Shown here: one piece after another, positions 35,042 to 41,901 of the stretch
Numbering within the stretch: position 1 is the first letter of the stretch
How the letters are laid out: every line of letters begins with the position of its first letter
Source of the DNA: Planctomycetaceae bacterium
GTDB lineage: Bacteria; Planctomycetota; Planctomycetia; Planctomycetales; Planctomycetaceae
Assembly (NCBI GenBank): GCA_020426545.1
Contig: JAGQPV010000001.1
Location: 1-41,901, forward strand
Length of the DNA: 41,901 nt
Direction of reading: 5' to 3'
Translations under genes and position numbers: made by a program
The notes under the pieces: model-generated
Seen by the model: only the letters and a program-made list of their open reading frames with translations
Database searches by the model: none
What the model was told of the DNA's origin: nothing

Positions 35042-35878
35042 ATGACCGGGAAGAACACGACAGAGCAGATCTCGCCGGCGGCAGTCATGCAGCTGGAGCG
35101 GGCGGAGTTCCATCAGGCCGCGGGCCGGCTCGCTGATGCCGCTGTGGATTACCACGCCGCAATCGAACTCGATCCCTCACCTCGCAGCCAGCTGGCATTC
35201 AGCAGGTTTCTGAGCCAGTCGGACTGTCCCCAGGCGGCCGAGTCTCTACTGAAGGCTCTGGTCGATCGCGCCCGGCGTGAACAGGACGGCCAGCTGATGG
35301 CCGTGGCGGCGGGAAACCTGGCCTGCGTCCTGCGGGAATGTGGCCGGTTTGCTGAAGCCGCCGGCTGGCAGCAGCGTTCCCTCGCGGCAGAAATGCAGCG
35401 GGAGAGCAGCGCGGGGGAGGGCACCTCAGAGCCGGGCGAACTCGCTACCGACCTGATTAATCTGGCGGGCGATGCCATTGCCGCGGGCAGGCTGTCGCTG
35501 GCGGAATCACTGGCAACCCGCGCTCTGCAGCTGGGCCAGTCCAGTCACGATCAGCCCGGCGAAGCGGCTGCCTGGGGAGTTCTCGGGCTGGTGGCTCTGC
35601 AGCAGCAGAAGCTCGACAACGCGCTCACGTTGCTGGGCCGCGCGTTCCGACTGCACTGCACGCTGCAGGATGCTGAAGCCGCTGGCCGTGATCTGCTCAA
35701 TCTGGCGGAAACCTGCCATCGGATGCAGCGGTGGCATTCGGCCGCCCGCTGTCTGAAACACGCCGCCGATCGCTTTCGCGAAACCGGTTGCGTGCGACTG
35801 CTGCAGGTGGCGATGGCCCGGCTGAAGGAAGCCCAGCGGTTCTTCGCCGTCACCACGTTGCCACCCACCCTGAACTGA
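35042..35878 (+). CDS. Tetratricopeptide (TPR) repeat protein
   Basis: 278 aa of Ala/Leu-rich helical repeats (AGRLADAAVDYHAAIELDP, GRFAEAAGWQQRSL, GEAAAWGVLGLVALQQQKLDNALTLLGRAF, RWHSAARCLKHAADRF). Confidence 0.8.
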   Translation: MTGKNTTEQISPAAVMQLERAEFHQAAGRLADAAVDYHAAIELDPSPRSQLAFSRFLSQSDCPQAAESLLKALVDRARREQDGQLMAVAAGNLACVLRECGRFAEAAGWQQRSLAAEMQRESSAGEGTSEPGELATDLINLAGDAIAAGRLSLAESLATRALQLGQSSHDQPGEAAAWGVLGLVALQQQKLDNALTLLGRAFRLHCTLQDAEAAGRDLLNLAETCHRMQRWHSAARCLKHAADRFRETGCVRLLQVAMARLKEAQRFFAVTTLPPTLN

Positions 35879-35885
35879 AGGCTGC

Positions 35886-36860
35886 TCAGGGATTGGCGAA
35901 AGGGTCCGCGGAACGATCGAGACTTTCGCCCGGTACGGGCTGCTGACCGGGCATGTTCTGCAGATCTGGCGGCTGACTGAGACGGGAATCGAGCACGACG
36001 CCGATACTGTTTTCCGTAATCAGCAGGGAGTGCAGCCGGTTGGCCGAAAGCTCGCTGCTCATGATGCTGAGGCTGGAAGTCCCGGCTGTGGTCACGCCGC
36101 TCCGCCCGTTACCGGTCAATTTCACCGAGTGCAGCAGCACGGAATCACACAGATCGTGTGCATTCACGCCATCCTGCCGGAAGTAGCGGATTTCCAGACC
36201 GGAGATCCGCACATTCCGCACAGCGTACATACTGATTCCCGTCTGTTCGACGGCGAAGCTCAACCTGTAGCTGGATGGCACGAAGCCCGCGTGCGGACGA
36301 AACCAGATTTGGCCACGCCAGGCCGCCCAGTGCCCGGCCGGAATCTCCGGCAGCAGCACCGCCCCGGTCTCCACCTTCACCTCCGGCACCGGCGCACCAT
36401 CGCGTATCAGCTGGTAGAACCCCTTGCGCCACGGCTTGAAGGACCACACGTTCTCGGCGCCGCGCCGCCACGCGTCATAGGGCACCGGCAGAGAACCATC
36501 GAGCACTGCCCCATTACCGATAATGGTAAAGGGCAGGTCCGGCAGTCCGCTGTGGCGGGCACCGCTGAGAGTCAGAGCCTCGTGATACGGTTCGCCATGG
36601 TTGGCAATGATGATCGTATCGCCCGTATCGGCCAGTCGGAGCGCTTTGCGAATCGTCCTGACAGGCCCGTCCTCGCTGCTGGTCACTACGGGGGCTGTCC
36701 CCGTGCGGCCATCATTCCCGGCCCGGTTATCGACATAAATCACACCGGCCACGGCCGGCCCGGCCGTGGCGGAAATGGCCAGGAACAGCAGTGGCAGAAC
36801 AGGATTTCGCAACTTATTGCAGCAGACAGCGGGACAGAATGCTCGAATGAATCGGACCAT
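35886..36860 (-). CDS. Secreted right-handed parallel beta-helix repeat protein (pectate-lyase / NosD-like fold)
   Basis: Track ORF 35886..36989. I prefer the ATG at 36860 (MVRFIRAFC...LLFLAISATAGPAVAG). IYVDNRAGNDGRTG...IRKAL and the repeated segments VRISGLEIRY, VLLHSVKLTGNG and LSIMSSELSAN are typical of beta-helices. Confidence 0.75.
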   Translation of the reverse strand: MVRFIRAFCPAVCCNKLRNPVLPLLFLAISATAGPAVAGVIYVDNRAGNDGRTGTAPVVTSSEDGPVRTIRKALRLADTGDTIIIANHGEPYHEALTLSGARHSGLPDLPFTIIGNGAVLDGSLPVPYDAWRRGAENVWSFKPWRKGFYQLIRDGAPVPEVKVETGAVLLPEIPAGHWAAWRGQIWFRPHAGFVPSSYRLSFAVEQTGISMYAVRNVRISGLEIRYFRQDGVNAHDLCDSVLLHSVKLTGNGRSGVTTAGTSSLSIMSSELSANRLHSLLITENSIGVVLDSRLSQPPDLQNMPGQQPVPGESLDRSADPFANP

Positions 36861-37050
36861 AAACCGGCTCCCGAATGTCTCTTGGCTGCGGTTGTCGCAA
36901 TCCGCACAGTTCCCTGCGGACTCGTGCTTCCGGAATCTCCGCTGTCGCCTGACCTGAGAGAAGTGGTGCTGAGACAGGGAATTTTCCACAGGCTGCTACT
37001 GGTCATCGACCAGCAACCGGCAGATTCTGCTGCCCGAGCCGCCCGGAGAC

Positions 37051-37998
37051 TCAGTTTGTCATCACCTGCCACGGCAACGCCCGCCCGCTCAACCCAGCCT
37101 GCAGATTCTCCGCAGTCATTTCCATCATCCGTCGTCGGGTACGGTCCGACGCACTGCCCAGGTGCGGCGTGATGAGCACATTCTCCAGCGAAAGCAGCGG
37201 GTGGTCGCGGGGAAGTGGTTCGGGATCGGTCACGTCGAGAGCCGCCCCGGCAATCGTACCGCTGGTCAGTGCTTCAACCAGAGCCGCATGATCGACCACC
37301 GGGCCACGGGCCATGTTGATCAGCAGGGCGGAAGACCGCATCAGCTTCAGCTGCGGGCCGGAAATCAGTCCGGTCGTTTCCTCGGTCAGCGGACAGTTGA
37401 GCGAGACAAAATCGCTCTGCCGGAGCAATTCCTCCAGCGAGCAGTATTCCACGCCGAGCGCGGCTTCGGCTTCCGGATCGGGACGCCGGTTGTGGTACAG
37501 CAGCCGCATGTTGAACGCGGCTGCCCGGCGGGCCACCTCCCGGCCAATTCGCCCCAGTCCCACAATGCCCAGGGTGCTCCCGGTGACTTCATGGCCGATC
37601 AGAATGGACGGATCGTAATGCACGAATTCGGGACTGCGCGCGTAACGGTCGCCGATGCGCACATTCCGGGCCGCGGCCAGCAGCAGGGCCAGCGTCATAT
37701 CGGCGGTGGAGGCATCGAGACAGCCGGGCGTATTCCCCACGGGAATCCCGCGACTGACGGCAGCCGCCACATCGATGTGATCGACACCGACTCCATGATT
37801 ACTGACCACCCGCAGTTCGGGCATGGCGTCCAGCAGCGGCCCGTCCACCGCAGGGTGCGAATAGCAGATGATTCCACGGCACCTGCGGAGCGTGTCCGAT
37901 TCCGGGTCGGTCGTCCACGGGTGCAGTTCCACCTGATCGCCCAGCAGATCAACGAACGATTGCGGCAGCGGATCAGTCATCACGGGGCACGGAGACAT
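37051..37998 (-). CDS. D-isomer-specific 2-hydroxyacid dehydrogenase (glyoxylate/hydroxypyruvate reductase-like)
   Basis: NAD-binding motif GIVGLGRIGREVARR; catalytic segment MARGPVVD...ALDV...EP; then ITPHLGSA. About 315 aa. Confidence 0.9.
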   Translation of the reverse strand: MSPCPVMTDPLPQSFVDLLGDQVELHPWTTDPESDTLRRCRGIICYSHPAVDGPLLDAMPELRVVSNHGVGVDHIDVAAAVSRGIPVGNTPGCLDASTADMTLALLLAAARNVRIGDRYARSPEFVHYDPSILIGHEVTGSTLGIVGLGRIGREVARRAAAFNMRLLYHNRRPDPEAEAALGVEYCSLEELLRQSDFVSLNCPLTEETTGLISGPQLKLMRSSALLINMARGPVVDHAALVEALTSGTIAGAALDVTDPEPLPRDHPLLSLENVLITPHLGSASDRTRRRMMEMTAENLQAGLSGRALPWQVMTN

Positions 37999-38122
37999 AC
38001 GGAAAAGTCCAGAAAGCGGAAAGTGGCCGGGAGGACAGCCGGGGCAGTGTGGCAGTGGCTGCTGCCCGGATCAGATCGGAAAGGCCAGCAAGGGCCCGAA
38101 GCGAATGGCTGGACCGGAACAG

Positions 38123-38152
38123 AACAGCGTCAGACAGAACAGCTTCAGACAG
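38123..38152. repeat. 15-nt direct tandem repeat (AACAGCGTCAGACAG / AACAGCTTCAGACAG)
   Basis: Read directly in the intergenic region between the cytochrome-c-like gene and the dehydrogenase gene. One mismatch between copies. Confidence 0.8.
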
Positions 38153-38215
38153 TGCAACCCGGGGCAGAACAGCCCGGGCCGGAGGCACCGACTTCCGGCG
38201 GTGCTCATGCTGCGT

Positions 38216-38257
38216 AAAAAAACCAGGACCGCCCCGCAACAGCGAAGCAGCCCTGGC
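38216..38257 (-). terminator. Rho-independent terminator of the small cytochrome-c-like gene
   Basis: The minus strand reads CCAGGGCTGC...GCGGTCCTGG (10 bp including two G-U pairs), followed by TTTTTTT (plus-strand A7 at 38216-38222). It lies about 70 nt after the stop at 38325. Confidence 0.7.
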
Positions 38258-38324
38258 AGATCTCTATTTCAGACTTCGCAGCACGAACAGACTGCCCGCA
38301 CCGGAGCGAAGCCGGATATCAGGC

Positions 38325-38681
38325 TCACTCGGGGAGCTTGCCATCGGCGATCAGGTCGCCGAAGGTCTTGCCTTCGGTGCTGCTGTCAGCCTTTTCGGCG
38401 GCCTTCAGCGCTTCGGCCAGCTTCTCGGCGTCCTTCTCGTTCTTCTTCTCCAGAGCCTTGCCGACGGCCATGCCGTACTTGTTCCGCTCGCTCTTCTTCT
38501 TGCCGTGGCACAGGCCACATTTGACCTTCTTCGCTTCCTCTTCCAGTCCTTCGTACGAGGTCACGAAGGCCTTCATGTACTGAGGACGAGCCTGTGCTGT
38601 CTGATCTCCATCAACCAGCATGAAGCCGGTGATGGCCAGGCCGAACACGACGGCTGAACGAATTTTCCAACTGTTCCGCAT
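38325..38681 (-). CDS. Small secreted mono-haem cytochrome-c-like protein
   Basis: 118 aa. SD-like GAGAGGTG lies 7 nt upstream of the ATG. There is a signal/TM segment (SAVVFGLAITGFMLV) and a single CxxCH (KCGLCHG). The C-terminus is Lys/Glu-rich. Confidence 0.8.
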   Translation of the reverse strand: MRNSWKIRSAVVFGLAITGFMLVDGDQTAQARPQYMKAFVTSYEGLEEEAKKVKCGLCHGKKKSERNKYGMAVGKALEKKNEKDAEKLAEALKAAEKADSSTEGKTFGDLIADGKLPE

Positions 38682-38832
38682 TGAGTCACCTCTCTGGTAA
38701 GTAAAGTCGATGCCGACGGTGTGGCTGCCATTCCCACCCCCGTCCAGCGGCGTGCTGGAACCTGGAAACGCAGCCGATGTTACTCTTCGGTCAGTATTTC
38801 ACGGGTCTGCACCGTCGCGCAGAACCGGATTC

Positions 38833-38861
38833 ATTAGACTGAGCGCCTGCAGACGTGTCAA
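38833..38861 (-). promoter_or_regulatory. Sigma-70-like promoter for the cytochrome-c-like gene (TTGACA-N17-TCTAAT)
   Basis: The minus strand reads TTGACA (38861-38856), a 17-nt spacer, then TCTAAT (38838-38833). This is about 150 nt upstream of the ATG at 38681. Confidence 0.5.
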
Positions 38862-39040
38862 CTCTCCAATCTCTGCATGCTTATGCGTTCTCTGCAGATT
38901 GACACGTCGGTCCCGCTCTGGATCAGAGCCTTCATTTCCACGAGTCTGTTCACCACATGCACCCGCTGCCGCCACGGGCCCGTCTTCCGGGAATGCACTT
39001 CCCGTGCCGGAATCGGCAATTGCACCGGTCGGGCGGGGTT

Positions 39041-40345
39041 TCAGTCGGACTCGACCGCCCGCTCAACCTGCCGGTCGACCCACGCGTTCCGCTGGGATTC
39101 CGCGGAGGCTGCCTCCTGCACTTCGATGTATTCCACATCCTTACCCAGCAGAAACACCCGCATCAGCTGCTGCCGGCTTTCCTGCACTGCAGGGTCTGTG
39201 GACGCAACGGGCGGCTGCACCGGCACCACATCCCACGGGCGGCTGCCGAACGAGAACGACAGATTGAGCAGTCCTTCCCAGAACCGGTGCAGCCCGGCGG
39301 GATCTTCGAGTCCAGCGGGCTGCGGCAGTCCGACAACCACCAGCGTGGGCTTCCGCGAGCGGACCGTGGTTGAAATTTTTGCAATGTCAGCGGCAGTTCG
39401 GCCTTCCACTTCCCACACGGTTTCGCTGATCTCCGCCTGAGGAAAATGATGCCGAAGCCGCCGAGCCACCAGGCCACCCCAGGGCGGCATGGCGATCATG
39501 CTGACCGGTTTGCCGGCCCGCAGCTGCGCCAGTGTCTTCTGCAGTCCATCGGCGGGCGGCGGCACATCGTTCAATGAAACTTTGAGTCCGAAGGCTTCCT
39601 GCACAATCTGCTCGGCGAACAGCCGGTGGCCATTCATATTGGGATGGATGGAATCGCTCATCAGCTGAATCCATGCCAGTTCGTCCGCTTTGCGGTAATC
39701 GGTCCACAGCCGGAAAAAATCCACCAGAGGCACATTGGTTTCTTTCGCCACGCGGCGAACAACATCCGAGAACTGATCCAGTTTGCCATTCGGGCGAGCA
39801 CCGTTGTCGTACACGTTATTCGGCGTACACAGCACAACGGCGGAACCGGCCGCCAGACAGTCGCTGCAGATCTTCCGCAGGTTGGCCTCGTACTGCGCAA
39901 TGGGCACGCGCGTCACGTCGTTCATGCCGAACATCACCACCGTCAGCCGGGGTTTCCTGGCAATCACATCCTTTTCAATCCGGCCGAGAGCATTCACCGT
40001 CGTATGCCCGCTGATCCCGGCATTCACCATTTCCACGTCTGCCTGCGGAAAGGCCTGCTCCAGAGCGAGGCCCAGCATGTCGCACCACGCCCGCTGGCTG
40101 CCACTGTGGTAATACACCCCGGTAATGCTGTCGCCGAAACAGGCCACTTTGACAGGCTTTTCACCCGATTCCAGATCACGCTGCACCGCCTGAAACAGCG
40201 ATTTCGCGTCAGCTTCGGCGGCGGGCAGGCACTCAGCGGCCAGCAGCACCAGGCCAGACAGCAGCAGGGATACCATTTCGGAATGATGGTGTCGCCGGAA
40301 AACAGAACGGTCATCGGCACAGTCAGCAGCAGGCAGTTTCAGCAT
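39041..40345 (-). CDS. SGNH/GDSL-family hydrolase with an additional C-terminal domain
   Basis: Block I VACFGDSITG, later NAGISGHT and GMNDV, and block V SDSIHPN. A signal-like segment MVSLLLSGLVLLAAECLPAAEA starts at the alternative ATG 40276. Confidence 0.8.
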   Translation of the reverse strand: MLKLPAADCADDRSVFRRHHHSEMVSLLLSGLVLLAAECLPAAEADAKSLFQAVQRDLESGEKPVKVACFGDSITGVYYHSGSQRAWCDMLGLALEQAFPQADVEMVNAGISGHTTVNALGRIEKDVIARKPRLTVVMFGMNDVTRVPIAQYEANLRKICSDCLAAGSAVVLCTPNNVYDNGARPNGKLDQFSDVVRRVAKETNVPLVDFFRLWTDYRKADELAWIQLMSDSIHPNMNGHRLFAEQIVQEAFGLKVSLNDVPPPADGLQKTLAQLRAGKPVSMIAMPPWGGLVARRLRHHFPQAEISETVWEVEGRTAADIAKISTTVRSRKPTLVVVGLPQPAGLEDPAGLHRFWEGLLNLSFSFGSRPWDVVPVQPPVASTDPAVQESRQQLMRVFLLGKDVEYIEVQEAASAESQRNAWVDRQVERAVESD

Positions 40346-40488
40346 GAAGTCGTTCTTTCATGATGCCCGGGCGGAACCAGCAGCAACCGGGCCCATTCCG
40401 CGGGAAAGCAGCAGTGGAATGAACAGCATGGAACGAGGCCATGCACTCGCAGCGGGCCTCACCGGAACAGAGCGGGCGGAGTTGTCCG

Positions 40489-41901
40489 TCAGGTGGTGGC
40501 CAGCAGCTGGCGAATGCCGGCCGTCATCAGGTCGTCCACTTCCGGCTCGCAGAATGCCACGGAAACTTCGTACCCGCCAGCCGGGTACTCTTCCTTCACG
40601 GGAATGTACCACGGCCCGCCGTCCCCATACGCGGCAGTCGCCACAAACCGCTCGCCGCCAATCTGCTGTGCTCGCAGCTGGTACTGCACGAAGGACTCGG
40701 CCGGCAGGTGCAGCAGGCTGATATCGCCCACCTCCAGAGAACTGAGCACAATCGGCTGCTTCTGCTCCAGCCGCCGCAGCCAGGACAGACGGTACGAGGG
40801 CCGGTTCCGGGCGACCACCGGGTTCTTTGAATTACTGATGGCGGCTTCCAGAGCCTCCGCCGTCATTGCAGCGCGGGCCGGCGGCAGCAGATCAACCGTT
40901 TTCCAGCGGGCCGAAGAAATGGGAACGGGGTCGAGCTTCTGTTCCGATTTCACAATGCCTTCATACACGCGGCGAGTCAGAATCGGCCTCCGCTCGTGGG
41001 AGCCATCGTTGTATTTGCCGGCGGAAATATTTCCGGCACAGCCCGTAAAGTAAATGTGCCGGCAGCCGGGCTCATCCTGCTGCCGCTGCCTGCGGGCCAG
41101 CCCGGCGAAATCGCTGGTGACCAGGCCATCGGCGTAGTAGCTCATCGGGTGCGTCGCATAGTAATGCAGCGCGGCCACCTTCTCGCGGCCCTCGTAGAAG
41201 GCCACCGTCTTCATCCACGGGTCGATGGTGCCTTCAGGCAGGGCGATCAGTTCCGGATCGCGGCAGCTGCTGCCCCGCATTTTCAGAATCCGGCCTTCGC
41301 TGTTCCGCATGACGCGGCGATTCGAAGCGACCTTCTCCACCCTGCCCTGGCTGGCCGCAATGTGCGACACGGGGCGGGCCTGCTTCAGGGCCTGTTCAAT
41401 CGCCTTCCGCCCTTTATCAAGGCACCGGTTGTAGAAGTCCAGCTCCACAATGTGGGGCAGGTCGCCCTGCTGCAGCACGATTCGCTCGGCTTCGAGACAG
41501 GCAAACGGCGCGTTGTGCTGGTGCACGCACTGCACAGCCACCCGCTCCGGCGTGGTGCCGGCGGCTTCGGCCAGAGCCTTCCGCCAGTTCAGGTGTGCTT
41601 CGTTCAGCAGGCCCGTCCAGTCGACCGCGCACAGCACAATCGGCTTACCCGCGCCCAGCAGGACAAAACCCACCGCTTCCAGCGGGTCGGTCACCGCTTC
41701 CACCGGTTTGATCCACCCGCCGCAGCACGAATGCCCCTTCGGCGGAGTCACATCGAACTGGAACGGTGCCAGGGCCAGCCCCGACTGCTTCCCCGCAATG
41801 GAATCGGCCAGCAGCGGACCAAGTGACCAGCCACCAGCAGTCAACGTGCCAGCAGCCAGAGCGGCGGACCCGAGAAATCCCCGGCGGGAAACCTCCTGCT
41901 G
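40489..41901 (-). CDS. Tat-signal hydrolase-like protein (tentatively neutral-ceramidase-N-terminal-like); 5' end outside the window
   Basis: The frame is open to base 41901. The upstream in-frame sequence reads ...SRRGFLGSAALAAGTLTAGGWSL, a twin-arginine signal. The track ORF starts at an internal TTG. FDVTPPKGHSCCGG...DPLEAVGFVLL...VLCAVDW...VHQHNAPF resembles ceramidase-like hydrolases, but this is a weak call. Confidence 0.7.
   Translation of the reverse strand, partial: QQEVSRRGFLGSAALAAGTLTAGGWSLGPLLADSIAGKQSGLALAPFQFDVTPPKGHSCCGGWIKPVEAVTDPLEAVGFVLLGAGKPIVLCAVDWTGLLNEAHLNWRKALAEAAGTTPERVAVQCVHQHNAPFACLEAERIVLQQGDLPHIVELDFYNRCLDKGRKAIEQALKQARPVSHIAASQGRVEKVASNRRVMRNSEGRILKMRGSSCRDPELIALPEGTIDPWMKTVAFYEGREKVAALHYYATHPMSYYADGLVTSDFAGLARRQRQQDEPGCRHIYFTGCAGNISAGKYNDGSHERRPILTRRVYEGIVKSEQKLDPVPISSARWKTVDLLPPARAAMTAEALEAAISNSKNPVVARNRPSYRLSWLRRLEQKQPIVLSSLEVGDISLLHLPAESFVQYQLRAQQIGGERFVATAAYGDGGPWYIPVKEEYPAGGYEVSVAFCEPEVDDLMTAGIRQLLATT

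Noticed and set aside
1-41901. CRISPR arrays, transposases/IS elements, integrases, prophage or defence-system genes, tRNA/rRNA genes.
   Set aside because: I saw no regularly spaced direct repeats, no DDE/serine/tyrosine recombinase-like ORFs, and no tRNA-like T-arm/acceptor structures. The window appears to be ordinary chromosomal accessory and signalling content.

Overview
High-GC (~60%+) chromosomal window that looks planctomycete. The evidence is a DUF1592/DUF1588-type cytochrome-domain protein paired with a Tat-signal DUF1552 protein, a Cys-type sulfatase, PQQ/WD40 beta-propellers, and many secreted hydrolases. I call about 30 protein genes. Most long ORFs in the track are antisense shadows of these. 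I found no rRNA, tRNA, CRISPR array, transposase, integrase or phage genes. The most unusual content is a signalling cluster on the minus strand at 31.1-34.9 kb. A kaiB-like gene overlaps (ATGA) the start of a PAS hybrid histidine kinase. Upstream of that pair is a gene whose product fuses a complete CsrA RNA-binding domain to an H-box helix and a canonical receiver domain. The sequence upstream of that gene is rich in GGA and contains two pairs of near-consensus CsrA-site hairpins. Other points of interest: two tandem Flp-like pilin paralogs whose long upstream regions share collinear sequence anchors; a 1.6 kb ORF-poor divergent region; a 0.9 kb AT-richer structured non-coding island ending in a clean intrinsic terminator; an HD-GYP gene split by a +1 frameshift in a G9 run; and an HDOD protein in which both receiver-like modules carry Glu at the phospho-acceptor position. 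All family assignments were made by eye from motifs. No database search was run.
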